Source of the DNA: a virus
Lineage: Duplodnaviria; Caudoviricetes
Reading direction: 5' to 3' (one strand)
IMG/VR virus record: IMGVR_UViG_3300044557_000104
Location: 54,437 to 118,436 of that record
Length of the DNA: 64,000 nt
Part shown: positions 28,901-38,821 of the stretch, in pieces
Layout of the letters: every line of letters starts with the position of its first letter
How positions within the stretch are numbered: position 1 is the stretch's first letter
Program-made: the position numbers and the translations under genes
Notes under the pieces: generated by a model
The model's input: the letters and a program-made list of their open reading frames with translations, nothing else
The model's database searches: none
Told to the model about the DNA's origin: nothing

Positions 28901-30144
28901 TTACCCTTTATGACCCATTGGCACAATCATTTACCTTAACTCAGAATAAGTCATTGACATCAGTTGACTTATACTTTGCTACAAAGCCAACGTCAACTAG
29001 TGCTAGTCATACCTCCGATATGATTGTACAAATTCGTGAGTTATCAGATGATGGTTATCCTAACCGGAATGTTAAGGGTGAACAAACATTAACTCCAGAT
29101 CAAATTAATGTATCTCAAGATGGGAATACTGCTACTAAGGTTACATTTGATCAGGCTATCCAATTAACTGGGAACCAAGGTTACTGTATTACATTGATCA
29201 GTGATTCAGATGCTTACAATGTGTACACTGCAACTAAGGGTCAGATGGTTATTGGAGATAACCCTTATAAGCTAACTGGTGCTCCTAACGCTAATGGTAA
29301 CTTATTCAAGTCAAATAACGCCCAAACATGGATTGCAGATGGTACTAGTTCATTGAAGTTTGGTGTAAATACTGCTCACTACAATGATGGTGGTACAATT
29401 ATGTTCGACCCTATTGTACTTAAAGACCAACAATTTGTTGATTCAGGTACTGGATCTGTTGTTGATATTGATCGTTTAGCAGCATTAACATCATACCTTA
29501 CACCGGGAACTACAGGGTTAAGTTGGTTTATCCGCATTTTACCAAACTCATCAAGTGCAACAATTGACACTATGCAATGGTCAGCATTGACAGTTACAAA
29601 TGATAATATGCCAAGTGTTACCCCTGCTGCCACTAATGATGCTATTACTAATGAAGTTCATTTGTTTGAACAGTCAAAGGCAATTCAATTAAAAGCAACT
29701 TTTGCATCTGAGAAGTTTGTCAGCCCGATCTTAACTACCGAAGATTTATCACTAGTTGGTGTGCTTACTGGTACAGAAGGTAAGTACTACTCAATTAACT
29801 TAGATGAATCCGGTGATGCGCAGTTTGATACTGTTAAGATTCAGTATGATGCTTATACTCCTAATGGAACATCGGTAACCCCTTACTACTCAGTTGATGG
29901 TGGGAACACATGGTATACTCTTGCTAATGATGGTAAATCTGTGGCTACTCCGATTAGTACACAAAAGATCAGTACCTACTTCACTCGTTACATTTACCAA
30001 GCTAAGGTTCCGGGTGCAGTTGATCAAAACCATTTAGCAAAGCAGATTATGTACTATCTGGATATGAAGGCAAGTACTAACTTCCTAACTCCACGTGTAC
30101 GTAAGTTAACCTCATTGCTGCAGAACAACTCTGCTGAATCATAA
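25948..30144 (+). CDS. Adsorption-associated tail protein (DUF4815-like)
   Basis: FDPKK.Y..ILFNAGR...EVNELQ, LAKRTFDQSGSF, DPLAQSF, P.VRKL motifs. Confidence 0.8.
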   Translation: MPVYDDSAINKFDPKKQYDKILFNAGRPVFNFEVNELQSMEQYQLEMLGDTIFQEGAIISGMDIIPQPDNEGTDTGLPNSFSVASLDTSFGSVKTDTYTNDSKLTFTSISNLSTDYPALSFNGTVTKGVYSTMSFTVKKTSGTLSKMSLGYPMNMLTPITYTIDGAKIATAINDMSGDPIVNSDGAQVNLNDGKDHKIVVTFKTLDSGSPSFTLHFNPNYNALTTSVGLDITGLYIQDGKEATDWVINVNDTGTTSSVDRVKNYSVTSGTIWLNGAIRNFATQDVSIKGTGTENIGVTLTENKVTSADDPDLVDDTENSLTNGMSGADRVKYNVDLTYNDDTATTIFVFQDNKINPDAVKPDYSNLAPILAKRTFDQSGSFRTSGFNATPTDYKLDSSKIKLNIDAGQAYVRGYSISTSSTTGVLLDKASSTDTSTNEGIIYNNGSGDITLANQPVQKITNITANVEGTNNSVSRSTSGNTDTFTTNNAYRIVSVKQGSITYAEGTDFTRAGNTIIWGADSAGNILPNATMPTAGTSYSVVYDYNYNMVEGTDYAVKTADEITSIDIDTQKGVKPINGSVISVTYIYFLARIDMIMITSDQANPFKVIKGDPMPLATATPPVVKDNYSLELGYVLIYPNSDKAVFTMQTITRIPFSGLQAWNTRISNLEYNVSVSALADSVEKSEDPITIRDAFADAFNNLNYANSTHDGFNVAYDPEYGEITIPPKSYADLVPTLNESKSDVNVSGNLVTAPYTEEKSIGQDLITGTTNVNEYQIFNVNGTLSIDPASDNWIDTKSTTVYANGGSKSITASRWWMHLGANNESSSIQNTLNELQGVQGIDYNSWSGSQAAQNNWSSTQTGYIISDGGSKTVESAIEYMRQRTITFEAKNFLPYEDGFEITIEGTSVINPTPASSTYKGSLANSFKADSAGTIKGSFDIPAGVIQCGNRSIKIENSNGSLASASYQAYGTMKDVQSIINKTTVSVTLYDPLAQSFTLTQNKSLTSVDLYFATKPTSTSASHTSDMIVQIRELSDDGYPNRNVKGEQTLTPDQINVSQDGNTATKVTFDQAIQLTGNQGYCITLISDSDAYNVYTATKGQMVIGDNPYKLTGAPNANGNLFKSNNAQTWIADGTSSLKFGVNTAHYNDGGTIMFDPIVLKDQQFVDSGTGSVVDIDRLAALTSYLTPGTTGLSWFIRILPNSSSATIDTMQWSALTVTNDNMPSVTPAATNDAITNEVHLFEQSKAIQLKATFASEKFVSPILTTEDLSLVGVLTGTEGKYYSINLDESGDAQFDTVKIQYDAYTPNGTSVTPYYSVDGGNTWYTLANDGKSVATPISTQKISTYFTRYIYQAKVPGAVDQNHLAKQIMYYLDMKASTNFLTPRVRKLTSLLQNNSAES

Positions 30145-30150
30145 ATATTG

Positions 30151-30191
30151 AAGCATTTCTCTAAAGTGTTTAACTAGAGAGGTGCTTTTTT
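30151..30191 (+). terminator. Intrinsic terminator
   Basis: AAGCATTTCTCTA...TAGAGAGGTGCTT + T tract. Confidence 0.75.
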
Positions 30192-30298
30192 ATTGCCTTT
30201 TTTGTATACAAATATGAATAAAATGTGAATTAAGTCTGATAAAACCCTGTCTATATTATAGAGTAGCAAAATATATATAGAAGAGGAGTGTGGTAACT

Positions 30299-30574
30299 GT
30301 GGCGGATAATAATCAGGAATTTACAGATGAAATGAAGATGCTAATGGATATTCAACAGCGTATCGCCCGTGTTGAAGCTAATACATCTGATTTGAAGAGT
30401 ATTGAAAGTAAGGCTGATCAGGCGGTAACACAAGCTAACGCATCATATAGTCTTGCACAAGAAGCAATACATAGAACGGAGAGTCAGAAGACTACGTTGT
30501 ATGCTGTAATTGGCTTTGTTGCTGTAAGTGTATTAGCCCCCCTACTGATCGAAATTGCAACTAAGATGTTCTAG
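30299..30574 (+). CDS. XhlA/holin-like protein (coiled coil + C-terminal TM helix)
   Basis: DIQQRIARVE coiled coil and hydrophobic C-terminus. Confidence 0.6.
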   Translation: MADNNQEFTDEMKMLMDIQQRIARVEANTSDLKSIESKADQAVTQANASYSLAQEAIHRTESQKTTLYAVIGFVAVSVLAPLLIEIATKMF

Positions 30575-30595
30575 TAAGAAAGGGTGAAACCTCAT

Positions 30596-31090
30596 ATGTA
30601 TAAATCAAGTAATAAAACGGGTCGTGATAATAAAAAGGTATATAATATAAAGAAGAGAGAGATTGCTAAGTATAAGAAGGAATTAGTTGCTTACGTTAGA
30701 TCAGTATCAGAGATAGCTTTTGCTACATTGGCTGGTTTAGGTGAAACAACTTATACTGGAAAACTTGGTGAGGGTAAGTTAGGAACACTTCTAGCTAATC
30801 CCCCAGAACTTGGTACATTATCATTACCTGCTTTCTTAGGACAAGGGTCAAAGATAGATAAGGACGATCAGGAATTAATTGATGCAAAGAAAGGTTATTT
30901 ATATATTAGTCGTGATAAAGAAACCATGACTTATACTGTTACCTTCCACATGGAGAAACCAGATCAATTTAATCCTTACCTTGATGCTCATAAGACTTTT
31001 AAACAAGCATTACCAATGATTATTAGAGATAACGGGATTATTACAACCCAGTTATATTCTATTACTAAGATTCTGAATCTCTTTAAGTAA
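30596..31090 (+). CDS. Hypothetical protein
   Basis: ORF with RBS AGGGTG. Confidence 0.55.
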   Translation: MYKSSNKTGRDNKKVYNIKKREIAKYKKELVAYVRSVSEIAFATLAGLGETTYTGKLGEGKLGTLLANPPELGTLSLPAFLGQGSKIDKDDQELIDAKKGYLYISRDKETMTYTVTFHMEKPDQFNPYLDAHKTFKQALPMIIRDNGIITTQLYSITKILNLFK

Positions 31091-31125
31091 TTGTTACCCT
31101 GGTTTGCATAAGGAGATACAGATAT

Positions 31126-31767
31126 ATGGACACATTTTTAAATGTACTACCCGATATTATTGGGATCATTGCTACACTTGTATTTAGTTACTTAGGGATC
31201 GCTTTGAAAAAGAACTCATCAAAAAATACAACACTGGCAGCGATTCAGAATGTAGCTAAGGAAGCTGTAACTATAGCAGAGAAGACTGGGATAGCTCAAG
31301 GTCTAACTGGTAGTGAACAGTTTAAACACGCTACAATGAAGGCTCAGGACTTACTAGACTCAATGGGAGTTAAGGGTGTTTCAGTAGAAAAGATTGAAGC
31401 TGCGATTGAAACAGCCTATGCACAATCTAAGACTACATTAAATGAAGCCTATCCTAAGGGTGTAGAGTCATCTGATGACAAGGTTGCTAAAGCACAGGAA
31501 GCCCAAGCTAAAGCAGAAGCTCAAGTGCAAGCATTAAAGCAATCAATGGACACCATTACCAAAGCACTTAATTTTGCACAGTCCACAGAAAATACAGTAG
31601 AAACTAGTAAAGCTCCTCAAAGTGAAACTGATCCTGCTAGTCAATCTACTGCTAATGTAGAAAGTGAGAGTGCTACACCAGTAGAATCAACTAGTGCAAG
31701 TGTTACTACACCAGATAGTGCTAGTGAATCAGCTACTACACAGGATTCTCAAGTAGCAACTAAATAG
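31126..31767 (+). CDS. Holin, LL-H family-like, with Ser/Thr/Glu-rich tail
   Basis: N-terminal TM helix; A..AV..AE...G.E.F..A...IEAAIE.AY pattern. Confidence 0.7.
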   Translation: MDTFLNVLPDIIGIIATLVFSYLGIALKKNSSKNTTLAAIQNVAKEAVTIAEKTGIAQGLTGSEQFKHATMKAQDLLDSMGVKGVSVEKIEAAIETAYAQSKTTLNEAYPKGVESSDDKVAKAQEAQAKAEAQVQALKQSMDTITKALNFAQSTENTVETSKAPQSETDPASQSTANVESESATPVESTSASVTTPDSASESATTQDSQVATK

Positions 31768-31777
31768 TATTACACCA

Positions 31778-31805
31778 AGGCATCTCTTAACTGAGGTGTC
31801 TTTTT
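31778..31805 (+). terminator. Intrinsic terminator
   Basis: AGGCATCTC-ttaact-GAGGTGTCT + T tract. Confidence 0.75.
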
Positions 31806-31810
31806 GTGTG

Positions 31811-31840
31811 TTGACAAAACACCCTTAACCATGCTATACT
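31811..31840 (+). promoter_or_regulatory. SigmaA-type promoter of the replication module
   Basis: TTGACA-18 nt-TATACT with TG extension. Confidence 0.8.
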
Positions 31841-31868
31841 ATTAACATTAAGGGAATGGGGTGAAGTT

Positions 31869-32627
31869 TTGGAGTTAGAAATTGAATGCAGAATGTTTGA
31901 GTTAGCTTTTGATAATTTTCAATATATATTACAAGGACGACAAAACTTTGATTTATTTGAAACACCTCTTAAATCCCGTGAGACCAGAATACATAATATA
32001 ATAGCTTATATGAAAGAGCAGAATATTAATCCTATTTATGGGTTATCAGCGTGTTTCTCCTACTACTCATATAAGAACAGAAAAAGAAAGAAACTTCCTA
32101 TCCTAACTTTAGGGACACTAACACCAGATTATATCCATCATGCTTATATGAACCAACGTAGATATGATAATAAATATCACATGGGATATGACACTTTAAT
32201 CTTTCTAGACTCTATTTATCTTAGAGGTAGTTACACTTACTTCAATATGAGTGATACTTACCTATTACAGTTAAATGAGATGAAAGAACACTTGATTAAT
32301 GATTTCTACCTAAGACCATACTTAGAACAAACTAAGGAACAGTTAAGGCGATCCATGCTTAATAAAAACAATGATTATCTAGTATGGAAAGATATTATCT
32401 TAATTGAGGGTGCTATGAATATATCACCAGTACTACTTATGTTTGATCCAGACTTTAGCAAAATTATCTCTGGTTTAACCAATGAGGAGTACTTTTGGTT
32501 TCTTAATGGAATAGGTTCAGATACTAGCCTAGATGCTTCTATTGAAGATGAAAAGTATCTACTTAAATTTAATGAATCGTTAAAGATTGAGGGAGTCAGC
32601 TATGTCAGAGAATGCCACACGAGTTAA
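31869..32627 (+). CDS. Hypothetical protein (helicase-adjacent)
   Basis: 252 aa, overlaps the helicase start. Confidence 0.55.
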   Translation: MELEIECRMFELAFDNFQYILQGRQNFDLFETPLKSRETRIHNIIAYMKEQNINPIYGLSACFSYYSYKNRKRKKLPILTLGTLTPDYIHHAYMNQRRYDNKYHMGYDTLIFLDSIYLRGSYTYFNMSDTYLLQLNEMKEHLINDFYLRPYLEQTKEQLRRSMLNKNNDYLVWKDIILIEGAMNISPVLLMFDPDFSKIISGLTNEEYFWFLNGIGSDTSLDASIEDEKYLLKFNESLKIEGVSYVRECHTS

Positions 32628-34086
32628 AGAAAAACAGATTCTTATTCGAGCTATCCATGATAGTTACTTTACTAAAACAGTACTCAGTAAAAATGTATCA
32701 GCATTAATTAATAACCCTAATTTACAGTTAATGGCCAATGTGCTAGTTCGATACTATGCAACTAATACAGAACCATTATCATTAGAAACATTTAATCTCA
32801 AGTTAGAAAACTATGTTAATTTAACTAATCGAAAACGAGAACAATCGCATCAACCCATTATTGATGGTGAGCTACTTAATCAATACTTTGTAGCAACTAA
32901 GGTATTATACAATGCCCAACCAGACACATCAGATGAGATGCTTGATTCTCTTACATCTTACATCAGAGAGAACCTAACTAATTATGCTATCTTAGAAGAA
33001 GCTACTAATAAGAGTAGTAACCTAAGTGAACGTGTTGAGAAACGTATGACCGACATCAATGCCATTAACTTACGTGGTGAAGAGACTAAGTATATTGATA
33101 TTCTTAATGATGTTGACACTAAGACAGAGTTATATAAGAAGTTTAATACTGGACGTGTTCCTTCTGGATTAAAGCCATTTGATGTGTTAACTGGTGGAGG
33201 ATTAGAAAAGGGACAAGTTGGTATGATAGCGGGGCCACAAGGCGGCGGTAAATCTGCCATGCTAACTAACCTATCTTACTACTATGCTATGGTATCGAAA
33301 AAGAATGTTTTACATATCTCACTTGAAGAATTAGATAATGATCAAAACTTACGATTTGACCGTATTATTACTGATTCTGGTATGAAAGATGTGTTTGACA
33401 AAGAAGGTAATGCTCGTCAGGATTACTTAAATAAGATGAAGACGACCTATCGTGAAATGGATAAATCACAGTACGGCAAGTTAATTTTTGAAAAACATAT
33501 GACACATACTTTAACAGTAGATGACTTAGATAATCGGATTAAAGTAATTGAGCGAGAAGCTAACGTCAAATTTGATGTTCTTATCCTAGATTATGCAGAC
33601 TTACTTAAATTCAAAAAGGGTAACTTTGACGCAGCTTCTGTATCCAATGCAGGGGAAGATTTATTTGAAGAGTTAACTCGTATAGCACAGGAACATGAAA
33701 TTGTTATTATGACTGGGGCACAACTTAACCGTGGGGTAGCAGATAGTGATACTCTAACTATGGAATTAGTTCAAGGGTCATATAAGAAAAAGAACGTTAT
33801 TGCTTTTGGTGCTACTATCAATGCCACTCGTGAGGAAAAGCAACAAGGGTATGTAAGACTATACCTAGATAAAGTTCGTAATGATTATGGGTTTGAAGAT
33901 AGATTCCTATATATGCAATATGATCGTAAGACTATGAAGTTACATGCAGAGAGTGCAGATCAAGTTGAGGAACACAAAGCACTAGTCAGTCAAGGCATCT
34001 CACCTAATCGAAATGCTAATGTTAAGAAGGAAGATAAGACTGATACTATGATGGACGTTATCAACAAAGCTATGGAGGGTAAGTAA
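32602..34086 (+). CDS. Replicative DnaB-like (SF4) helicase
   Basis: Walker A GPQGGGKS; ISLEE, ILDYADLL, AQLNR, KVRN motifs. Confidence 0.9.
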   Translation: MSENATRVKEKQILIRAIHDSYFTKTVLSKNVSALINNPNLQLMANVLVRYYATNTEPLSLETFNLKLENYVNLTNRKREQSHQPIIDGELLNQYFVATKVLYNAQPDTSDEMLDSLTSYIRENLTNYAILEEATNKSSNLSERVEKRMTDINAINLRGEETKYIDILNDVDTKTELYKKFNTGRVPSGLKPFDVLTGGGLEKGQVGMIAGPQGGGKSAMLTNLSYYYAMVSKKNVLHISLEELDNDQNLRFDRIITDSGMKDVFDKEGNARQDYLNKMKTTYREMDKSQYGKLIFEKHMTHTLTVDDLDNRIKVIEREANVKFDVLILDYADLLKFKKGNFDAASVSNAGEDLFEELTRIAQEHEIVIMTGAQLNRGVADSDTLTMELVQGSYKKKNVIAFGATINATREEKQQGYVRLYLDKVRNDYGFEDRFLYMQYDRKTMKLHAESADQVEEHKALVSQGISPNRNANVKKEDKTDTMMDVINKAMEGK

Positions 34087-34087
34087 A

Positions 34088-37000
34088 ATGATTACATTTA
34101 AAGAAGTATCTGCACATAACTTTAGATCATATAAAGATTTTAAATTAAATTTAGATAATCAAGGTCTTTCTATGATTATTGGTAATGACCTAGATCGTGG
34201 TGAAGGAAGTTCTAACTCTAGCGGCAAGGCACAACCAATAACTACGTTAGTTATGACACCTAATGGAAAGAAAAAAATGGGTGATCTAAATGTAGGCGAC
34301 TACGTGATGAATGAAGAGGGGGAACCCGTAAAGGTACTTGGTGTTTATGATAAAGGTGACTTACCTTTATACAAACTCACTTTAGAAGATGGTAGAAAAA
34401 TATTTGTTAATAATGAACATTTATTTGAGTATTATGATAAAGATAAAAAAGATTTTACGCAAAAGCCAATAGTAGGAACGTTACAAAGTTTAATTGATAA
34501 GGGTATCAGCAGACCCAATGTTAGTAAAAAGGGAACAACAAGATATATCTTTAGAATAAAAGCGCCAAAGGCGATTAGGTATAACAAAATTAATATTAAA
34601 TATGATCCATATACATTAGGAGCACTTCTTGGAGATGGATATTTAGTTGGTGATCATATTCAGATATCAGCTAGTAATGAAAAGATTGAGATACTAGATA
34701 AAATTGTTAATAACAATGACGTTCCAATTGGGTACCGTAGACATAGTGAAAAAAATTATACTTGGAGTTTTTTCTCATCATACAATAAAAATGGGACACA
34801 CCGGTTAACCCATGCCCATGATTTTAATCTACCAGAGTCTGCATTGCATACATCTCTTGATAAAAGTATTCCTAGTGAATTAATGACAGGAAGCATAGAG
34901 CAAAGGTTACAGTTGCTACAAGGATTATTCGATACAGATGGATACGCAAGTCTCGCAAGAAAAGATAGGGGCGGATGTATTAATGTAAGTTATAGTACAA
35001 ATAGTAAACTAATGGGATACCAAGTTAGAGAACTACTATGGTCATTAGGTTATCGTTCAAGCATCTATGTGAATGATCGTAGAGGAAAAACACATAAAGG
35101 GCCACAAGGAAAACTCTATAAATATAAAAGTATTGAATATAAAGTTTCTGCCAATGGTTCTAAGGATATGTTGCTTAATTTATTTACTATAAAAGCAAAA
35201 AGAGAAATAATTGAATCAGGGAGAACCGCTAAATACAAAAGATATGATCTTCTTTCCATTGTTAATATTGAAAATATGAATAAAAAGGTTCCAATGAGAT
35301 GTATCTATGTTGATAGCCCTAAGCATCTGTATGTATCAGATGACTATGTTGTTTCACACAATACTACCCTATACTTTGCTATTCTTTACTCGTTATATGG
35401 TGAGTTACCAGATGGTACTAAAGGTGATGATGTCATTAATAAAGATGTAGGTAAGGATTCCTACACTCAATTAAAGTTTAGTAAGTCTAATCATGATTAT
35501 ACAGTAACTAGATACCGTAAGAATAAGAAGTATAAAAATAAGGTTATCCTAGAAATTGATGGTAAAGATGCTACCCCACCTACTATTAAAGAAACAGATA
35601 GTAAGATTGTGGAGATTATGGGATTTGATTCATTTACCCTATTAAATTCCTTAGTATTTAGCCCAGAACGAGTTGGTGGATTTGTTGACGCTACTGATAA
35701 GCAACGTAAGGAATTATTAGAGCAACTTACTAATACTAAGATTTACAAAGATTGTTTACTATTAGTACGAGATGATTATAAAACTACTTATGGGCAACAA
35801 CAGGAAACTCAGAAAGAGATTGATAAGTATAAACTTCTCATTGAAAACAGTGAAGGGGTTATGAACACTTATTATCAACAAGTGAAGGAACATAATGATG
35901 CAATCACAGCAACTAAGGCTAAAGTACAGCAGGGTAATAAAGAGTTAAAACATAGACACAGTGTTGCTGAAACCGAGACTAAGATTAAAGAACTAGAGTT
36001 AAAGGAAGAGCAGCAACGTAAAGTAGTTAATGCAATTACCTTCCAAGACACTAAGGATTTAAATGCTTCTTACAATAAATTAAGTAGTGCTTATACCCAG
36101 TTATCTAACAAGGTTAAAGATTTAGAGACTAGGTTAACTGAGGATAAAGATAACCTAAGTAAGATTGAGAATGGTGAAATTACAACATGTATTATGTGTG
36201 GTAGTCCTTTAAATGAGGAACACCGGAATAAAGAAATCACTAATCTAACTAATAGTATTAAGGAAAATCAGTTAGCACTAAATGCTAATAGCCAAGCCCT
36301 AGATAAAGTTGCTACTATGGGTAAACAAGTACGTGCTTCTCTAGATAAGATTGACAAGGCTAATGCAGTAGTTAATGAATCACTTAATTACCAACATAAA
36401 ATTCTAGTTGAATACAGTGACCAGTTAACTAAACTTAATAACAACCTTGTTCAAACACAGATGTTAATTAAAAACTTAGACAATGATAAACAACACTTAG
36501 AGGATTTAAAACAACAAACAATTGCTAAGCCACAGCAGGCGGAGAGTGTTGCTCAATATGAGGATAAAATTAAGTCATTACAGGACACCTTGTTAAAGCA
36601 ATCAGACCTATTAGATAAATATAAGCAGTTAGAAAAGGTTTATGGGGATCAAGGTGTTAAGTCACAAGCTCTAGGTTTATCAATTCCTTATCTTAATACT
36701 AAACTTAATGAGTATATGACAGTATTAACTGAGGGTACCTTTACTGCACAACTTACTAATACCTCAGAAACTAAGTCTGGTAGTAAGAATAATAAAATTG
36801 ACATTGTAATTAACTCGGTTAACTCAGGTAGCTCATATCAAGACTTATCTTCTGGTGAGAAGAGACGAGTTGCTGTGGCGCTTCACTTAGCATTTATGTC
36901 GTATTTAAAGAGTAACATTGGTGGTATTAATCTATTAGTATTTGATGAAGTATTTGATGCTTTAGACACTACTGGGATAGATGCAGTTATTAAGCTATTA

Positions 37001-37132
37001 AAGCAATTATCTAAAGAGATTGGAACTATCCTAGTTATTTCACATAATTCAGAACTAAAATTAAATGATGCTTTTGATAACATCATCACAGTAGAAAAAG
37101 ATAGCAATACAAGCTACATTAAGGACGTGTAA
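34088..37132 (+). CDS. sbcC: SbcC/Rad50-like (gp46) recombination ATPase containing an intein
   Basis: NFRSY; SNSSGK|T Walker A; CIMC Zn hook; LSSGEKRR; FDEVFDALD; ISH. Confidence 0.9.
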   Translation: MITFKEVSAHNFRSYKDFKLNLDNQGLSMIIGNDLDRGEGSSNSSGKAQPITTLVMTPNGKKKMGDLNVGDYVMNEEGEPVKVLGVYDKGDLPLYKLTLEDGRKIFVNNEHLFEYYDKDKKDFTQKPIVGTLQSLIDKGISRPNVSKKGTTRYIFRIKAPKAIRYNKINIKYDPYTLGALLGDGYLVGDHIQISASNEKIEILDKIVNNNDVPIGYRRHSEKNYTWSFFSSYNKNGTHRLTHAHDFNLPESALHTSLDKSIPSELMTGSIEQRLQLLQGLFDTDGYASLARKDRGGCINVSYSTNSKLMGYQVRELLWSLGYRSSIYVNDRRGKTHKGPQGKLYKYKSIEYKVSANGSKDMLLNLFTIKAKREIIESGRTAKYKRYDLLSIVNIENMNKKVPMRCIYVDSPKHLYVSDDYVVSHNTTLYFAILYSLYGELPDGTKGDDVINKDVGKDSYTQLKFSKSNHDYTVTRYRKNKKYKNKVILEIDGKDATPPTIKETDSKIVEIMGFDSFTLLNSLVFSPERVGGFVDATDKQRKELLEQLTNTKIYKDCLLLVRDDYKTTYGQQQETQKEIDKYKLLIENSEGVMNTYYQQVKEHNDAITATKAKVQQGNKELKHRHSVAETETKIKELELKEEQQRKVVNAITFQDTKDLNASYNKLSSAYTQLSNKVKDLETRLTEDKDNLSKIENGEITTCIMCGSPLNEEHRNKEITNLTNSIKENQLALNANSQALDKVATMGKQVRASLDKIDKANAVVNESLNYQHKILVEYSDQLTKLNNNLVQTQMLIKNLDNDKQHLEDLKQQTIAKPQQAESVAQYEDKIKSLQDTLLKQSDLLDKYKQLEKVYGDQGVKSQALGLSIPYLNTKLNEYMTVLTEGTFTAQLTNTSETKSGSKNNKIDIVINSVNSGSSYQDLSSGEKRRVAVALHLAFMSYLKSNIGGINLLVFDEVFDALDTTGIDAVIKLLKQLSKEIGTILVISHNSELKLNDAFDNIITVEKDSNTSYIKDV
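34229..35362 (+). mobile_element. Intein (378 aa, Ala1) with LAGLIDADG homing endonuclease
   Basis: AQPITTLVMTP...VGDYV; LGALLGDG and LQGLFDTDG; ends VVSHN|T. Confidence 0.92.
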
Positions 37133-37134
37133 TT

Positions 37135-37740
37135 ATTTTAAATTTAAATTCAGTTAATGGACTACGCTTAACATGTATCAAACGAGATAATGCAGTGGTG
37201 ATGCACGCTTTTGCACAGTCTGGTAGTAATAACAGTTTTACTATTGATCTTCCACCAGAATCAGGTATCTATTGGTACCCCCTAGCATTCTACTTCGATT
37301 ATTACTATATGTTTAGTGCTAATGATTTAGTACTAAAAATTGATGATTCTGCACCACAATCTATTAAGGATAATTTTCCGGGTGTCACTCGTTTATCTGA
37401 TTTATATGATTATGCAGATAACGAACAAGGAAATAATTTAGGAATGTACTTGCAAAACCTAGCAGTAACGACTAAACTAAAGTCAATGGGATTAGTAACG
37501 TGGGACACCTATTATAACAAACAAGATGTTGCAGAAAACTTTGCTAAGCTCCGTAATGCTATGGACAGCATTGAGCGTAATATCGTTGAGAAGCGCTCTG
37601 AGGACGTGGATATTAACTTGTTAGATAACATTGTAGAATATGCAGATGATCAAGATGCAGTAGGTCTGGTGGACATTGGTATGGGATATAAGATGAATCA
37701 GTACATGAAAAAGGTTGTGGACGTTAAGTACCACGTATAG
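37135..37740 (+). CDS. Hypothetical protein (probable ATT start upstream of the track's 37195)
   Basis: Frame open from 37123; RBS-like AAGGACGTG upstream of ATT. Confidence 0.55.
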   Translation: MLNLNSVNGLRLTCIKRDNAVVMHAFAQSGSNNSFTIDLPPESGIYWYPLAFYFDYYYMFSANDLVLKIDDSAPQSIKDNFPGVTRLSDLYDYADNEQGNNLGMYLQNLAVTTKLKSMGLVTWDTYYNKQDVAENFAKLRNAMDSIERNIVEKRSEDVDINLLDNIVEYADDQDAVGLVDIGMGYKMNQYMKKVVDVKYHV

Positions 37741-37752
37741 AAGGTGAAGGGT

Positions 37753-38817
37753 ATGTTAAGTAGAGGTCAATCTGATGTATTATCAATCATAGGTTCAAGT
37801 GATTACCTAGAGACACCAGATGGGGACATTCGGATTAACTGCCCTTTTTGCGGTAATGATAATCACAAACTGTATGTAAGCAAGGGTCTACTCTATCACT
37901 GTTGGGTCTGTGACACCAGTGGTGGCAGTTTAGCATCATTCGTGATGAAGTACCACGAGTGCTCCTATAAGGAAGCTATGACGTTTTTAAAGACCTCTGA
38001 GATGACTAATGAATCATCTATTAATCCAGTTAGAATCACAGAGGAAAATGATTTACTATCAACCTTGTTTGACGCTAATAATGATATAATAGTAGAAGAG
38101 AAGACAAAGATGCCTAAACTTCCTACTAATGCTAAGTCACTATTAAAGAATCTAGCTAATCCAGAGGTAATTCCATTTATTAATTATTTAGGTAGTCGTA
38201 AGCTAACTAAAGAACAGGTCATATACTTAGACCCTATGTATGTAATTTCAGGGGAGATTGAACGAGAGGATAAACCAAATATTCCGATTTCAAATAGTAT
38301 TATATTTATTACTCGTGGGCACGGCGGAAAACCTATTTATTGGTCTACTCGTTCAATTGAAAAAGACCCCTTTGTTAAGTCACTTAATGCACCGGCTAAA
38401 GATGATGAGTATAGTAAAGCAGATATCTTCTTTAATATTAATTTAATTAATGAATCTACTAAGGTAGTAATTTGTGAAGGTATCTTTAATGCTATGATGG
38501 TAACACAAGGTGATTATGTAGGAATTGCAACCTTTGGGAAAGCTATTACGGATAGTCAACTACAAAAACTCATTAGTTATCACCCCAAAGAGTATATCTT
38601 ATTTCTAGATAATGATGCTAAGGATTTAGAGATGAAACTAATTAAACGGTTAAACAATTATGGCATTCCCTATGATAATATTAAGTTTGTTAATAACCCC
38701 TATGAAGATAAAGATGCTAATGATTTAGGAACTAAGGTTAGTATGGAATTAGTTAAGCAAGCAAAGCCAAGTAGCCCTATGGTACTTATGAGCTATGCTA
38801 TTAAAGAAAGGATGTGA
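37753..38817 (+). CDS. DNA primase (Zn finger + TOPRIM)
   Basis: CPFC...HCWVC; ICEGIFNA; LDND; KDAND. Confidence 0.9.
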   Translation: MLSRGQSDVLSIIGSSDYLETPDGDIRINCPFCGNDNHKLYVSKGLLYHCWVCDTSGGSLASFVMKYHECSYKEAMTFLKTSEMTNESSINPVRITEENDLLSTLFDANNDIIVEEKTKMPKLPTNAKSLLKNLANPEVIPFINYLGSRKLTKEQVIYLDPMYVISGEIEREDKPNIPISNSIIFITRGHGGKPIYWSTRSIEKDPFVKSLNAPAKDDEYSKADIFFNINLINESTKVVICEGIFNAMMVTQGDYVGIATFGKAITDSQLQKLISYHPKEYILFLDNDAKDLEMKLIKRLNNYGIPYDNIKFVNNPYEDKDANDLGTKVSMELVKQAKPSSPMVLMSYAIKERM

Positions 38818-38821
38818 TTCT

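Noticed and set aside
34251-34263. TTAT + GACACC in the SbcC intein matches the first 6 nt of guide 1
   Set aside because: A 10-nt total match is plausible by chance in 128 kb of both strands; mismatch at position 7.
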